From contig CAZAUK010000003.1 of NCBI GenBank assembly GCA_964488475.1, positions 46,592-110,591 on the forward strand: a stretch of DNA of 64,000 nt, given 5' to 3'. Under the pieces are notes generated by a model. The model had not been told where the DNA came from. It saw nothing but the letters and a program-made list of their open reading frames with translations, and searched no databases. Shown in pieces: positions 27,730 to 37,748 of this stretch (its first letter is position 1; every line of letters begins with the position of its first letter). Source of the stretch: an uncultured bacterium. GTDB lineage: Bacteria > Krumholzibacteriota > Krumholzibacteriia > Krumholzibacteriales > WJIX01. Position numbers and translations under genes: made by a program.

Positions 27730-28128
27730 ATGCTTTTTAGTATATTTGTGGCAATTCACGTTTTAGCATGCGTGCTTCTGATTGTCGCGGTTCTTATGCA
27801 GTCCAGCAAGGGTGGAGGGTTGTCCGGCGCGTTTGGTGGTATGGGAAGCCAAGCTATTATGGGCGGACGTGAAGCGGCTACTTTTCTAAGCAGGGCTACT
27901 ACGTACCTGGCCGTCATATTCATGGTTACTTCACTCTCCCTCGCTTTTCTCTCCGCTAACAGGGGGGGAGCGGAGCAGGAGAGTGTCCTTAAGAAGGCCG
28001 CTGAAAGACAGGATATGGGTACCATTGTTCCCCAGGAGCAGAAGAATATCGAGGACGTACTGGAAGGGGTACCCGGGGCGGAGGGAGGAGCAGAGTCAGA
28101 ACCCGGCCCGGCGGATACTTCCAGCTAA
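27730..28128 (+). CDS. secG: Preprotein translocase subunit SecG
   Basis: MLFSIFVAIHVLACVLLIVAVLMQSSKGGGLSGAFGG is the classic SecG N-terminus. Gene order is the conserved tpiA-secG-tRNA-Leu. Confidence 0.85.
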   Translation: MLFSIFVAIHVLACVLLIVAVLMQSSKGGGLSGAFGGMGSQAIMGGREAATFLSRATTYLAVIFMVTSLSLAFLSANRGGAEQESVLKKAAERQDMGTIVPQEQKNIEDVLEGVPGAEGGAESEPGPADTSS

Positions 28129-28146
28129 AATATTTGACAATCTAAT

Positions 28147-28231
28147 TGCCGAGGTGGTGGAACTGGTAGACACGCCACTTTGAGGGGGTGGTGAGCGAAA
28201 CGCTTGTGCGGGTTCGAGTCCCGCCCTCGGC
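28147..28231 (+). tRNA. tRNA-Leu, anticodon GAG
   Basis: GCCGAGG...CCTCGGC acceptor stem, anticodon stem CCACT/GGTGG with loop TTGAGGG (anticodon GAG, G37), a long variable arm, GGTTCGAGTCC T-arm and discriminator A. CCA is not encoded. Confidence 0.85.
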
Positions 28232-28239
28232 ATATTATT

Positions 28240-28260
28240 CGGGCCTTCGGGTCCTTTTTT
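28240..28260 (+). terminator. Rho-independent terminator after tRNA-Leu
   Basis: GGGCC-ttcg-GGTCC hairpin followed by T7. Confidence 0.75.
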
Positions 28261-28478
28261 TGTGTGTTACGGTGCTGGCCAGGGATATGTCCAAGAGCCC
28301 TGGCGCGTTTGAACTCCAATTATTAAGGGGTGCGATTTACATGTCAACTTATTCTGATAAAAAGCTGTTGCCGATTGAATGGAACGAGCGTTCCGGGAGC
28401 CGCATTTAATTCTTTACATGATAACAGGGTTTGTCCTATCATTTCTTTCCAATGAAATAAAGTGGGGAGGTTGTCGAA

Positions 28479-28982
28479 TTGGATACTCTTATCGGGCCGA
28501 ATGGCAGTTCGCTTATTCTCGTGTCCATTATCCTGGGCGCTGTGGCGGTTTGTGTTTCATCGGTATTGTTATTCAGATTTAAAAAACTCGCCGGGCCTTT
28601 AAACGCCATGACCAAGCTTCACCAGGATCTTAGATCGGGCGGGAACCTCGCCGAGCTGCTGAGGGCGGTGGACAAAAACAGCGAACGCATAGAAACGCAG
28701 GAAGAAAAGATACGGGGTATCATCGAGAAACTCGGCGACTGCTACTCTGGTACGGGAATCGTCAAGTACAACGCGTTTGAGGATATCGGCGGTAATCAGA
28801 GTTATTCAATATGCCTTCTTTCCTCGAACAGGGATGGATTCATAATCTCCAATCTGGTAGCCAGAAACTCCGCCCGGGGTTATTCGATAGAGGTGAAAAG
28901 CGGAGCTCCTTCCAGGCAGCTCAGCAATGAGGAAGGGGAAGCCCTTCAGCAGGCTATCCGTTCTCTTACTATTGGAAATTAA
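28479..28982 (+). CDS. DUF4446-family protein
   Basis: N-terminal transmembrane helix, then the conserved GIVKYNAFEDIGGNQSYSICLLSSNRDGFIISNL...LSNEEGEAL block typical of DUF4446. Confidence 0.55.
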   Translation: MDTLIGPNGSSLILVSIILGAVAVCVSSVLLFRFKKLAGPLNAMTKLHQDLRSGGNLAELLRAVDKNSERIETQEEKIRGIIEKLGDCYSGTGIVKYNAFEDIGGNQSYSICLLSSNRDGFIISNLVARNSARGYSIEVKSGAPSRQLSNEEGEALQQAIRSLTIGN

Positions 28983-29008
28983 TTCAGAGCGTAAAGATCT
29001 ATTAGGGC

Positions 29009-29824
29009 CTATTTGTCTTCATTCTCGTCAGAGTATTTTTCCAGAATCCTCTTTTCAGTCTCCGTGAGGTTCTGGTAACCCTTTTCCGATATCTTATCAA
29101 GAATGGAATCTATCTTGCTTTCCCCTTCCCCTCCGGCCTTCTTGCCGGTCTTTTCGTCTTTCTCAAAACTTATTTTAAAGGGCAAAGCATCAAAAAGCCC
29201 CCTGACCTTACGCCAGAATCTACCCATCCGGTGGTCGGTACGCATGTAGATCAATCCGGTGGCCATACCACCCAGGTGAGCGAAGTGCGCGATGCCGTCC
29301 TGCCGTCCAAGGCCGCTGAGGAACTCGAAGGCGGCCAGTATAATAACCAGAGTCCTGGCTCTTACAGGAAACAGTCCCATTATGTATATCTGGTTGTAAG
29401 GAAATAGAATAGCGTATGCCAGAAGAACGCCGTATACAGCAGCGGACGCGCCGATAACAGAGGCGTTGAAGGAAAATACAAAACTGAAAAGGGCCCCTCC
29501 GATTCCACAGACGAAATAGTATTTAAGAAAACGTTCGCTTCCCCATATCCTTTCCAGCTGTGAACCGAACATCCAGAAGATCAGCATGTTGAAGCCGATA
29601 TGAATGATATCACCATGAAGGAACATATAGGTGACCAGCTGCCAGACGAAACCTCTCAAAACCAGCCTCGGCCTCAGGGCTAATATGTAATTAAACCCGG
29701 TTCGCATAAGGATTATCTGCAAGATGAATACAATAACGTTGGCCGCTATGATCTTGTTGACCACGCTTCTACCCAGGAACCGCTTGACTGGATTTGAATC
29801 GTATCCTCCGTAGTAACCGGGCAT
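29009..29824 (-). CDS. Rhomboid-family intramembrane serine protease (second copy)
   Basis: GASAAVYGVLLAY (catalytic Ser) and HFAHLGGMATGL (catalytic His), six or seven transmembrane helices, and an acidic C-terminal extension. Confidence 0.8.
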   Translation of the reverse strand: MPGYYGGYDSNPVKRFLGRSVVNKIIAANVIVFILQIILMRTGFNYILALRPRLVLRGFVWQLVTYMFLHGDIIHIGFNMLIFWMFGSQLERIWGSERFLKYYFVCGIGGALFSFVFSFNASVIGASAAVYGVLLAYAILFPYNQIYIMGLFPVRARTLVIILAAFEFLSGLGRQDGIAHFAHLGGMATGLIYMRTDHRMGRFWRKVRGLFDALPFKISFEKDEKTGKKAGGEGESKIDSILDKISEKGYQNLTETEKRILEKYSDENEDK

Positions 29825-29954
29825 ACTCTACTCCCATGCTAAATCTTTCTTATAATAACTGATGCAATAAATATGAGCAACCCTCATAATGAATGTGTTC
29901 GTTAAATTCAGTTTCAGTTGGCTTTTAGAGAAGAAGCCGCTTTCTTCATAAAGC

Positions 29955-31580
29955 TTGGCGGCAAAAGGAATACCGGGTTTGAGAAGGTTATTTTATAACG
30001 GAAAAATAGTTACGATGAATCCAGGCTGGCCTGTAGGGGAGGCTTTGCTGACCGCAGGGGCCAGGATAGAGGCGGTGGGCGACAAGAGAGGTCTTGAGGC
30101 TCTGGTTGATAGTGATACTCTTAGATTCGACCTGAGGGGAAGGACTGTCATACCCGGGCTGATAGATTCGCATACCCATCTGTTTTCTTACGCTATGGGC
30201 AAGGAATGGCTGGATCTTAAAGGAGCGGAAAGCTTCCGGAAAATCTCCTCGGATATCCTGGCCGGTTCGGGTCCCGGTGAAGAAGGCCGCTGGATACTGG
30301 GCCGGGGCTGGGACGAGAATTCAATGAGGGACGGGGAATACCCCGGCATTGCTTTTTTCGATCAGGCGAGCCGGGGCAGGCCTATGTACCTGGAGAGAAT
30401 TTGTTCCCACGCGGCCGTGGTGAACTCAGAGGCTCTAAAGCTGGCGGGCCTGGACCGGACAGGTTCTGGCCCGGAAGGAGGCATCGTCTCCAGAGACGAG
30501 TCGGGTAAGCCTACCGGCATGATCTTTGACAGGGCGCTGGATTCTGTCAGGTCTCTTTTGCCGTCTCCCGGTCCCTCCATGGTGAGAGAGCTTCTGGAAG
30601 AAGCGGCTGGTGACTGTATGGAGGCTGGTTTGACCGGGGTGTGCGAGATGGGGCTCGGGATGGAGGAACTGAATGCCTGCGCCGATACCATAGAGCGGGG
30701 GTTTTTCCCTGTCCGGCTTGCCGCCTACCTTGTATCAGAGGGGGGCACTGGAATGTTTGTGGAAGCCCGGGAAAAGTTTGATGATCTGAAGGATAATCTT
30801 AAAATAGCGGGGATGAAATTCTTTTCCGACGGATCTGTCGGCGCGGGAACAGCCGCGATGCTTGAAGATTACACCGATGAGCCTGGTAACAGGGGACTTT
30901 TGGTGGAGAATCCTGAAATTCTCGCCGGAAAGCTTCTCGATTGCCACACGAAGGGCGTTCAGACGGCTGTTCACTCGATAGGAGACAGGTCAGCAAGGAT
31001 TCTGCTCGATATCTTTGAGAAAACAGGATTCGAAGGGGAGTGGCCCAGGCACAGGATAGAGCACGCTCAGATAATAGACAGATCGGACGTGAAACGTTTC
31101 GGGCGCCTGGGGCTTATTCCCTCCATGCAGTTTATCCACTGTGTGTCCGATTATCCCTGGGTAGTCGAAAGAATCGGTGGAAGGCGGGCGGAGGACTCAT
31201 ACTCCTGGAAGAGCCTGCTTTCATCCTCGGGCGTGATCGCGGCGGGATCGGATATGCCTATAGAACCCATGAATCCTTTTTGGGGGATTCACGCGGCGGT
31301 TACAAGGCGTAATATAGAGGGAAAGCCGCCCGAAGGCTGGCACCCGGAGCAGAGGCTCAGTTTAAGAGAAGCCTTGCAAGCGTATACCGCTTGGGCCTCT
31401 TACGCGGAGGGAAGGGAAAGAGAGGTGGGGACTCTGGAAAAGGGCAAGTTCGCCGACTTCATCGTTTTATCCGATGATATATTCAATGTTCCCGAAAGCA
31501 GGATACCGGAGTTGAAGGTCCTCGCTACGATAATAGGGGGGGAAGTAGTATTCTCCCGGGCCGACTCACCGATTCACTGA
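29955..31580 (+). CDS. Amidohydrolase-family protein (Amidohydro_3 / YtcJ-like metal-dependent hydrolase)
   Basis: A 541 aa protein with the N-terminal composite-domain pattern (NGKIVTMNP...GLIDSHTHL) and the C-terminal GSDMP...H of the amidohydrolase TIM barrel. Confidence 0.75.
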   Translation: MAAKGIPGLRRLFYNGKIVTMNPGWPVGEALLTAGARIEAVGDKRGLEALVDSDTLRFDLRGRTVIPGLIDSHTHLFSYAMGKEWLDLKGAESFRKISSDILAGSGPGEEGRWILGRGWDENSMRDGEYPGIAFFDQASRGRPMYLERICSHAAVVNSEALKLAGLDRTGSGPEGGIVSRDESGKPTGMIFDRALDSVRSLLPSPGPSMVRELLEEAAGDCMEAGLTGVCEMGLGMEELNACADTIERGFFPVRLAAYLVSEGGTGMFVEAREKFDDLKDNLKIAGMKFFSDGSVGAGTAAMLEDYTDEPGNRGLLVENPEILAGKLLDCHTKGVQTAVHSIGDRSARILLDIFEKTGFEGEWPRHRIEHAQIIDRSDVKRFGRLGLIPSMQFIHCVSDYPWVVERIGGRRAEDSYSWKSLLSSSGVIAAGSDMPIEPMNPFWGIHAAVTRRNIEGKPPEGWHPEQRLSLREALQAYTAWASYAEGREREVGTLEKGKFADFIVLSDDIFNVPESRIPELKVLATIIGGEVVFSRADSPIH

Positions 31581-31609
31581 GTATTCCAACACCAGCACCA
31601 GGCATCAAG

Positions 31610-33361
31610 TCATTCGAAATATATGTCTTTTATGAAGGAAATGGGCAGGGCCGGGTGAGAATTGATGATCTCTAAAGTCTTTTTGCTTCTTAGCTCGAGG
31701 TCTTTTGATTTACGCAAATTGTCGCTGATGTCATCTGTTATAAGTCTGGACAGGCCTGGATAGGCAACGGCCGGTGAGATCAGAGCCGAATGCACGTTTT
31801 CGATAGCCTCTTCCTTTCTCAGGCCCGCTGTGCTCATAAAGAAGCCGGCGGCCGATTCGACTGAATAATTTCCTCCATGAAGCCTGAAGACCGCCACCAT
31901 TCTGGCCAGGTCCAGAATGGCTTCGTCTATGGAGCGAAGACGGATATTCAGGCTACCCGGATTGTGGCTGAGCCTTTGGCTTAAAATCTCTGACAGGCAG
32001 CTGTATACATGGGTTTCCCCGCAGAATATTACCCTTAAAGTATCGGAGAGGGGAAAAGACCGGAAGCATTCTTCCTTCATCAAGAGAGCTTTGATGATCT
32101 GGTACTGCAGAAGGGAAAGCTCTTCGGCGGGGTGTCCGTCAGAATCCCCTTCAGCTCTTTCTCTTCTCCTCCAATGGGCTGTATTCACGTTTATAAAACC
32201 CCTGTTCTTGTCTCCGCTGTCAAGAAGAGAGGGCGTCCATTGGGCTATTCTTCTTCCGCCGCAGGGAAAGGAAAGGAAGCTGTTTTCGCGAAAGCTGTCG
32301 AAACAGCCCGGATTCCGGCTCAAAATAATATCCGGATGGCTTCGCATCGGCCCCTGGCGAACGGAACCGGTTTTTATACGATTCAATATATTTTCTGCTA
32401 TTTCGGCTGACTCGCCTATAAGATCAAAACTGGAATCTGCTCTATTATTCCCGGAATCCTTCGAGCCGGTCGATCCTTCCATGCTTTTATTGATGGTCCT
32501 TCTGCTTACCAGAAGCTTTCTTATCTTCTTGTCAGCTTCTTGAAGGATGTTATTCGGATTTTCCATCAGATGCTCGTCGTATTCGAATATCTTGGCGAGG
32601 TTTTCCGATCCGAGGATTATCCTTCCATGGGAACGTTTGGACAGGTCGTACCTTATGTAGTTTCGAAAGCCGCTGATTATTTCCACTACCGGATCCAGCC
32701 AGGCGGTGTCGCTACTGTAGCGCCCTTGAACCAGGTTCTTTAGTTCTCCGGTTGATTCCAGAAGCCGGTCCAGCATTTCCAGAGAGAGCCTGATGTGCAG
32801 TTGAGACGGTTTCCGGCACAGGATTTTGGCGTTTTCCATCAGAACCGGCAGTTTTCCGACTCTCGCTCTGTAATCTTCAAGCTCATTATCCCCCGGCGGG
32901 TATCCCCTGGAGGGAATCCCCCAGAGGGCTTCGTTGATCATCCAGCAGTAAAGCATGGGGTTTATTTCGTGGAGCCGAAGATCAGCCAGCCCGAACCTTT
33001 GGCCTCTCAGCCAGCCCAGAACCAGCTGGGAGTCGTAAATATCCTTTTGCCCCAGTCCTTCCGTTGTCAGCACCGAGGTTCTTTCAAGGAGCCTGTCCAA
33101 CCTTCTGAGCCCCGCTTCTATTTCTCCTTCGGAATATGTGAACAGGGATGAATCAGCTTTCAGTAAGCCTATTCTGGAGCATCGCAGCGGGTGCAGGAAG
33201 TTATATAATTCGATCGCATCGGTTTTGACCCTCCTGTATTCTGCCAGGTTTTCGGGGGTCCCGGATTCCTTTGAGCAACCCCAGGCGAGAAAGACCGGCA
33301 GGAATAGCGAAACCCAGAGAGGCAAGATATTTTGAATTGTCTTCGAAAAGCGTTTTATCAT
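31610..33361 (-). CDS. Hypothetical lipoprotein, 583 aa
   Basis: The long ORF has a signal peptide and a lipobox-like LAWGC. Antisense ORFs on the + strand are short. No family was recognised with confidence. Confidence 0.5.
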   Translation of the reverse strand: MIKRFSKTIQNILPLWVSLFLPVFLAWGCSKESGTPENLAEYRRVKTDAIELYNFLHPLRCSRIGLLKADSSLFTYSEGEIEAGLRRLDRLLERTSVLTTEGLGQKDIYDSQLVLGWLRGQRFGLADLRLHEINPMLYCWMINEALWGIPSRGYPPGDNELEDYRARVGKLPVLMENAKILCRKPSQLHIRLSLEMLDRLLESTGELKNLVQGRYSSDTAWLDPVVEIISGFRNYIRYDLSKRSHGRIILGSENLAKIFEYDEHLMENPNNILQEADKKIRKLLVSRRTINKSMEGSTGSKDSGNNRADSSFDLIGESAEIAENILNRIKTGSVRQGPMRSHPDIILSRNPGCFDSFRENSFLSFPCGGRRIAQWTPSLLDSGDKNRGFINVNTAHWRRRERAEGDSDGHPAEELSLLQYQIIKALLMKEECFRSFPLSDTLRVIFCGETHVYSCLSEILSQRLSHNPGSLNIRLRSIDEAILDLARMVAVFRLHGGNYSVESAAGFFMSTAGLRKEEAIENVHSALISPAVAYPGLSRLITDDISDNLRKSKDLELRSKKTLEIINSHPALPISFIKDIYFE

Positions 33362-33618
33362 TACTGGAAACTCCCGCCTCCGCCGGTGTCCGGTCCGAAT
33401 AACGCAAAAGCAGATTTACACTTTATCCATTGTAACACTCAGACTGTTGTTGCGCCTCAGGCACATACAGTTATATAATTCAGTCCAGCCTTGATGTAAA
33501 ATATATTTTAACAGAACGCGCCCGATGCAGCATTACAAAATCAATCTAACCTGGAGCTTGGAAAGGATCGCCCGGCGGGCTGAATCCTGATCTGCCGGCC
33601 GGCTCAAGAGAAGCGGTT

Positions 33619-35103
33619 ATGAATGGAATCGGGAAAAGGAAGCGCCGAGGAAAGATCGTTTCGGGCAGAACAGCGGTCATTGTTCTGGCCATACTCACTA
33701 TAGCCAGTACCGCCGGCTGGATTTTTACCGAGATAATTCCGGGCGATATAGGTTTAAAGGAAGAGGTCTACAGAGAGAGGTGGGGAGACTTCAAGTTCAG
33801 CCTGATAGAGCGTTTCAGGCTTCACGATCCTTTTCACTCTTTCTGGTACAGAAGCGTCCTGGCGGTCTTCACAATCACCCTCCTTCTCTGTAACCTCACC
33901 GGATGGAAAGGCTATTTGACCCGGTCTTTCAGGTTTTCCACACCTTCCGGCGTCAGAAAACCTCCAGCCGGAAAGCCTTATATAGAGATGAGCTGGAGCG
34001 AACCGGCCCGGGCCGAACCGGAAAGAGGGGATATCCTCACCGAGCATCTGAGGAAGTACGCCGGCAAGATTAAGATCGAGCCGGAGAAATTACTTTTTAT
34101 TTATTCAGGGATATCGTCCTACCTTTCGGGAAAGGGTTACGCTGTAAGGGACTCGATAGATGAAGGCAAAATATTCTTTTCCGCGCTTTCAGGGAGGTGG
34201 CATTATCCGGGGAATATGATCTTCCACATCGGCATACTGGTGATAGCGATAGGAGGGATGTTGGGTAGTTTCAAGGGCAGCAGAGAGATGGCTTATGGCC
34301 GAAAGGGTGACGTGATTCCTCTGAGGCGCACTGATAACTCGGTAAAGGTGGAGGATTTTACCATAATGCAAACCCCCCGCGGTGATGTTTCCCAATACGT
34401 AACCGATCTTACCCTCCTTGATTCAGGCGGGGACAGCACGGGCTCGGCCAGGGTGAGGGTGAACCACCCTGTAAGTTACTCCGGTCTTGATATCTACCAG
34501 AGCTCGTACTACATGGAAGAGGGGGAAATCGCGTGGGCCAGAATAACGTGCCGGAATGAAGGCGAAGCTGGCAAGGAGACGGTCGTCATCGAACCCGGGG
34601 GATCGGCGAAGCTGCCGAAGAGGGGTTGGATCATTAACCTTGTCGATTTCAAACCGGACTTCAGGATGGGCTCGAGGGGAGCTTACACCGCCAGTGACAG
34701 GATGCTCAACCCGGCCCTGCTTTTGAAGGTGGAGGGGCCTTTCGGCAGCAGGACAGGCTGGCTTTTCCTGAAGCACCCTTCATTCAGTTCCGATTTCGAT
34801 CTCCCGGTGAAATTTACAGTGGAGCATCTGGAGCCGGTCTATTACACCGGATTGCAGATAAGCTCCAGCCCAGGCGCGGAATCGATAATCACTGGTATAG
34901 TGATGTGTGCGGTCGGGCTTTTCATGATGTTCACCTGGAGGTACCGTCTTATAAGGGGCATGCTGGATTCTGAAGGAATCATCATAGTGGGAGCCGGCGA
35001 AGGTGGAGACGCGTACTTGAAGGAACGGGGCGATGCTGTGAGGCGGGATATTCTTGATATTTTCCGAAAATCAGTAGCGGAAGACCCTGAAGGAGGGAAT
35101 TAG
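33619..35103 (+). CDS. ccsB: Cytochrome c biogenesis protein CcsB/ResB (System II)
   Basis: ResB-like architecture: N-terminal transmembrane helices, a large periplasmic domain and a C-terminal transmembrane helix. The gene lies immediately upstream of ccsA. Confidence 0.7.
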   Translation: MNGIGKRKRRGKIVSGRTAVIVLAILTIASTAGWIFTEIIPGDIGLKEEVYRERWGDFKFSLIERFRLHDPFHSFWYRSVLAVFTITLLLCNLTGWKGYLTRSFRFSTPSGVRKPPAGKPYIEMSWSEPARAEPERGDILTEHLRKYAGKIKIEPEKLLFIYSGISSYLSGKGYAVRDSIDEGKIFFSALSGRWHYPGNMIFHIGILVIAIGGMLGSFKGSREMAYGRKGDVIPLRRTDNSVKVEDFTIMQTPRGDVSQYVTDLTLLDSGGDSTGSARVRVNHPVSYSGLDIYQSSYYMEEGEIAWARITCRNEGEAGKETVVIEPGGSAKLPKRGWIINLVDFKPDFRMGSRGAYTASDRMLNPALLLKVEGPFGSRTGWLFLKHPSFSSDFDLPVKFTVEHLEPVYYTGLQISSSPGAESIITGIVMCAVGLFMMFTWRYRLIRGMLDSEGIIIVGAGEGGDAYLKERGDAVRRDILDIFRKSVAEDPEGGN

Positions 35104-35910
35104 GTGGAATCTGGTATTGATAACGGCTTGTTTTGGGTAGCTTTCTGGATATACCTGTCCTCTTTTCTTCTGTTTATCTTGTTTTCCGCCACTAAAAACA
35201 GGATGCTGGGCAGATCAGCGAAGATGGTGTTTCTGGTCTCCCTGGCGTTCCATACGGCCGGTTTGATAGCCAGGTGGAACATCAGCGGCCACCTGCCCCT
35301 GGCCACCATGTATGAGTACGCCGTATCTCTGTCCTGGGTGATAGCGGCCTCTTTCATCATACTGCTGCTCAAGTTTTCCCTGACCATCTCGGGGGTCGTA
35401 ATATCCCCGATAGTAATAATAATAATGGTGATAGCTTCTTTTCTGCCCAAAGAGGCTTCCAGGCAGTTGATGCCGGCCCTGCAGAGTTACTGGTTCTATA
35501 TCCATATCACTCTGGCCGCGCTGGCGGAGGGCGCTTTCCTGGTGGCCGCCGGAGGCGGAGGCTATTATCTTCTAAAAAGGGCAAGAGGCGGCGCTGGTTT
35601 TGAGGGCAGGGATTCTCTTGAAGAGCTTATGATCAAGTCGATTCGAATCGGCTATCCGCTGTTCACCGTGGGGGCCCTCTTCGCCGGAGCACTGTGGGCG
35701 TGGAAGGCATGGGGAAGATTCTGGAGCTGGGATCCCAAGGAAACGGGAGCTTTCGTTGTCTGGCTTTTCTACACCCTTCTCCTTCACCAGTACAGCAGGG
35801 GTAAGTGGAGGGGAACGGCACTCGCCGCTCTGTCGATAGTCGGTTTCCTGATCATACTTATCTCATTTTTGGGTAACATGTTTTTCGGCGGCCTGCACGC
35901 CTATATATAG
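35104..35910 (+). CDS. ccsA: Cytochrome c-type biogenesis protein CcsA/ResC (heme-handling WWD-domain protein)
   Basis: WWD motif region WAWKAWGRFWSWDPKETGA and conserved His residues, 268 aa. Confidence 0.85.
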   Translation: MESGIDNGLFWVAFWIYLSSFLLFILFSATKNRMLGRSAKMVFLVSLAFHTAGLIARWNISGHLPLATMYEYAVSLSWVIAASFIILLLKFSLTISGVVISPIVIIIMVIASFLPKEASRQLMPALQSYWFYIHITLAALAEGAFLVAAGGGGYYLLKRARGGAGFEGRDSLEELMIKSIRIGYPLFTVGALFAGALWAWKAWGRFWSWDPKETGAFVVWLFYTLLLHQYSRGKWRGTALAALSIVGFLIILISFLGNMFFGGLHAYI

Positions 35911-35988
35911 TCCGTTTAAGGTAACCGGCGGCTCATTCCTGGTAAATCAGGCCAAGTCGACTGATTTCATAAGCCCCGATCGGCGCTT

Positions 35989-36004
35989 TGACAGGGCTGG
36001 CACG
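35989..36004 (+). promoter_or_regulatory. Sigma54-like -24/-12 promoter element
   Basis: TGGCACG-ctag-aTGCT matches the consensus TGGCACG-N4-TTGCW at 10 of 11 positions. It lies about 60 nt upstream of the ATG at 36063. Confidence 0.4.
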
Positions 36005-36062
36005 CTAGATGCTTAAATAATAACGGGATAGTATTGGAAGAAGCAAAAAAACGGAGTTCATT

Positions 36063-37748
36063 ATGAAGTGCTGTAACCGTCTGCCGGTTATACTCTTAGC
36101 CTTTTGCGTCCTGATTTCGGCCTGTTCGAGTGAGGAGAAAGCTCATACGGACAGGGACGGTACAGAACCGCTATTCGAGCAGCCAGGGCCCAGCGGAACG
36201 CTCATAATCGGCCTTCAACAGGAGCCCGATATTCTGAACGAAGCGATAAGCAGCATGGTTTCAGGCATATACGTATGCAATCTGATCTTCAGCAAATTCG
36301 TAAAACACAATGACAGGATGGAACTGGTACCGGATCTTATTACCGAAGTCCCCACATTGGAAAATGGAAGGATTGCCCCGGATTATCTGACCTACAGGTA
36401 CAGCATCAGGAAAGACGCCCTATGGCATGACGGGACTCCGGTGACCAGCGCTGATGTCAAATTTACCGCCGAACTTATGTTGAATCCCGATATAAATGTC
36501 GGCACCAGGCAGGGCTGGAATGTAATAGATACGGTTGAGACTCCGGATTCTCATACAGTTGTTTTTCACCTCAAAGAGGTGTACGCCAATTTTACAGGGG
36601 ACTGTTTCTACGATGAATCGGTTCTTCCCCGCCATCTCCTGAAGGATGACGCGGGTAAAGGTTTCATCGGGGCGGATTTTCACAAGCACCCGGTGGGAAG
36701 TGGTCCTTTCATGTTCTCCGGCTGGAAGGCCGGTTCCCATATCGAGCTTGAATCGAACGCAGATTACTACGGGGAGGGTCCTTACCTGGAAAGAATAATC
36801 ATCAGGTTTATCCTGGAAGGAAATTCACTGGTTATGCAGCTGGAGAGCGGTGAAATAATGGGAGCCGATAACATTCCCGGCAATATGCTTGACATCGTGT
36901 CCTCAATCGGGGGAATGAGAATATATAAGACGCCGGCTCTATTTCTGGAGCATCTGGATGTAAACTGCCGGAGAAGCCCCTTGGATGATTCCCGACTCAG
37001 GCGGGCCATCTCCATGGCGATAGACCGCAAGGAAATATCAGAGAAGATATATAACGGGATCTGGATTCCGGCTTACAGTGACGAGCATCCCGATTCTCCA
37101 TACCACACCGGAGCGGGCCTGAAATATAATGCTCATGATCCCCGCCGGGCTGGGGCGATACTTTCAAAGGCGGGGTGGAGGGACCTGGATGGCGATGGTA
37201 TCAGGGAAAAGGAGGGGAAGAGACTGGCGCTCGAGATATCCACAACCACCGGCAGGGCCAACAGGGAGAGAACCCAGTCAGTCCTGGCGCAGCAACTCAG
37301 GGATATAGGAATAGATCTTAGGATAAAGAATTATCATCCCGGGATAATGTTCGCAAGTTACGATGACAGAGGGATTCTCAGCGGAGGGAATTACGACCTG
37401 GCCCTTTACGCGTTCATGGCTCCACCAGATCCTTCAACCAAAGAGACCAGCTATTCGGGTGAATTTATACCGCCTTTAGGCCAGAACTATTCCTACTTCG
37501 ATAACGATACTCTCACATCCCTTCTTTCCAGGGGCAGCTCCGCCGTTTCCCCCCTCGAGAGAAAAGAACTGTACGCTGAAATAATGGAGATACTGGCCAG
37601 GGAACTTCCAGTCATTCCGCTTCTGTGGATAACCCAGATCGACGCCATGCCCGTGTCGCTTAAGAATTACAGGCCCAATCCCACCCAGTCGGGCGATACC
37701 TGGAACGCGAACATGTGGCGTCTTGATAAGGGCTCACCAGGAAGGTGA
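36063..37748 (+). CDS. ABC transporter substrate-binding lipoprotein, family 5 (peptide/nickel type)
   Basis: Lipoprotein signal (LISACSS) and SBP_bac_5 architecture, 561 aa. Confidence 0.8.
   Translation: MKCCNRLPVILLAFCVLISACSSEEKAHTDRDGTEPLFEQPGPSGTLIIGLQQEPDILNEAISSMVSGIYVCNLIFSKFVKHNDRMELVPDLITEVPTLENGRIAPDYLTYRYSIRKDALWHDGTPVTSADVKFTAELMLNPDINVGTRQGWNVIDTVETPDSHTVVFHLKEVYANFTGDCFYDESVLPRHLLKDDAGKGFIGADFHKHPVGSGPFMFSGWKAGSHIELESNADYYGEGPYLERIIIRFILEGNSLVMQLESGEIMGADNIPGNMLDIVSSIGGMRIYKTPALFLEHLDVNCRRSPLDDSRLRRAISMAIDRKEISEKIYNGIWIPAYSDEHPDSPYHTGAGLKYNAHDPRRAGAILSKAGWRDLDGDGIREKEGKRLALEISTTTGRANRERTQSVLAQQLRDIGIDLRIKNYHPGIMFASYDDRGILSGGNYDLALYAFMAPPDPSTKETSYSGEFIPPLGQNYSYFDNDTLTSLLSRGSSAVSPLERKELYAEIMEILARELPVIPLLWITQIDAMPVSLKNYRPNPTQSGDTWNANMWRLDKGSPGR

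Noticed and set aside
31917-32543. 208 aa + strand ORF inside the 583 aa minus-strand lipoprotein gene
   Set aside because: The minus-strand ORF is far longer, with a signal peptide and lipobox. The + ORFs here are fragmented.
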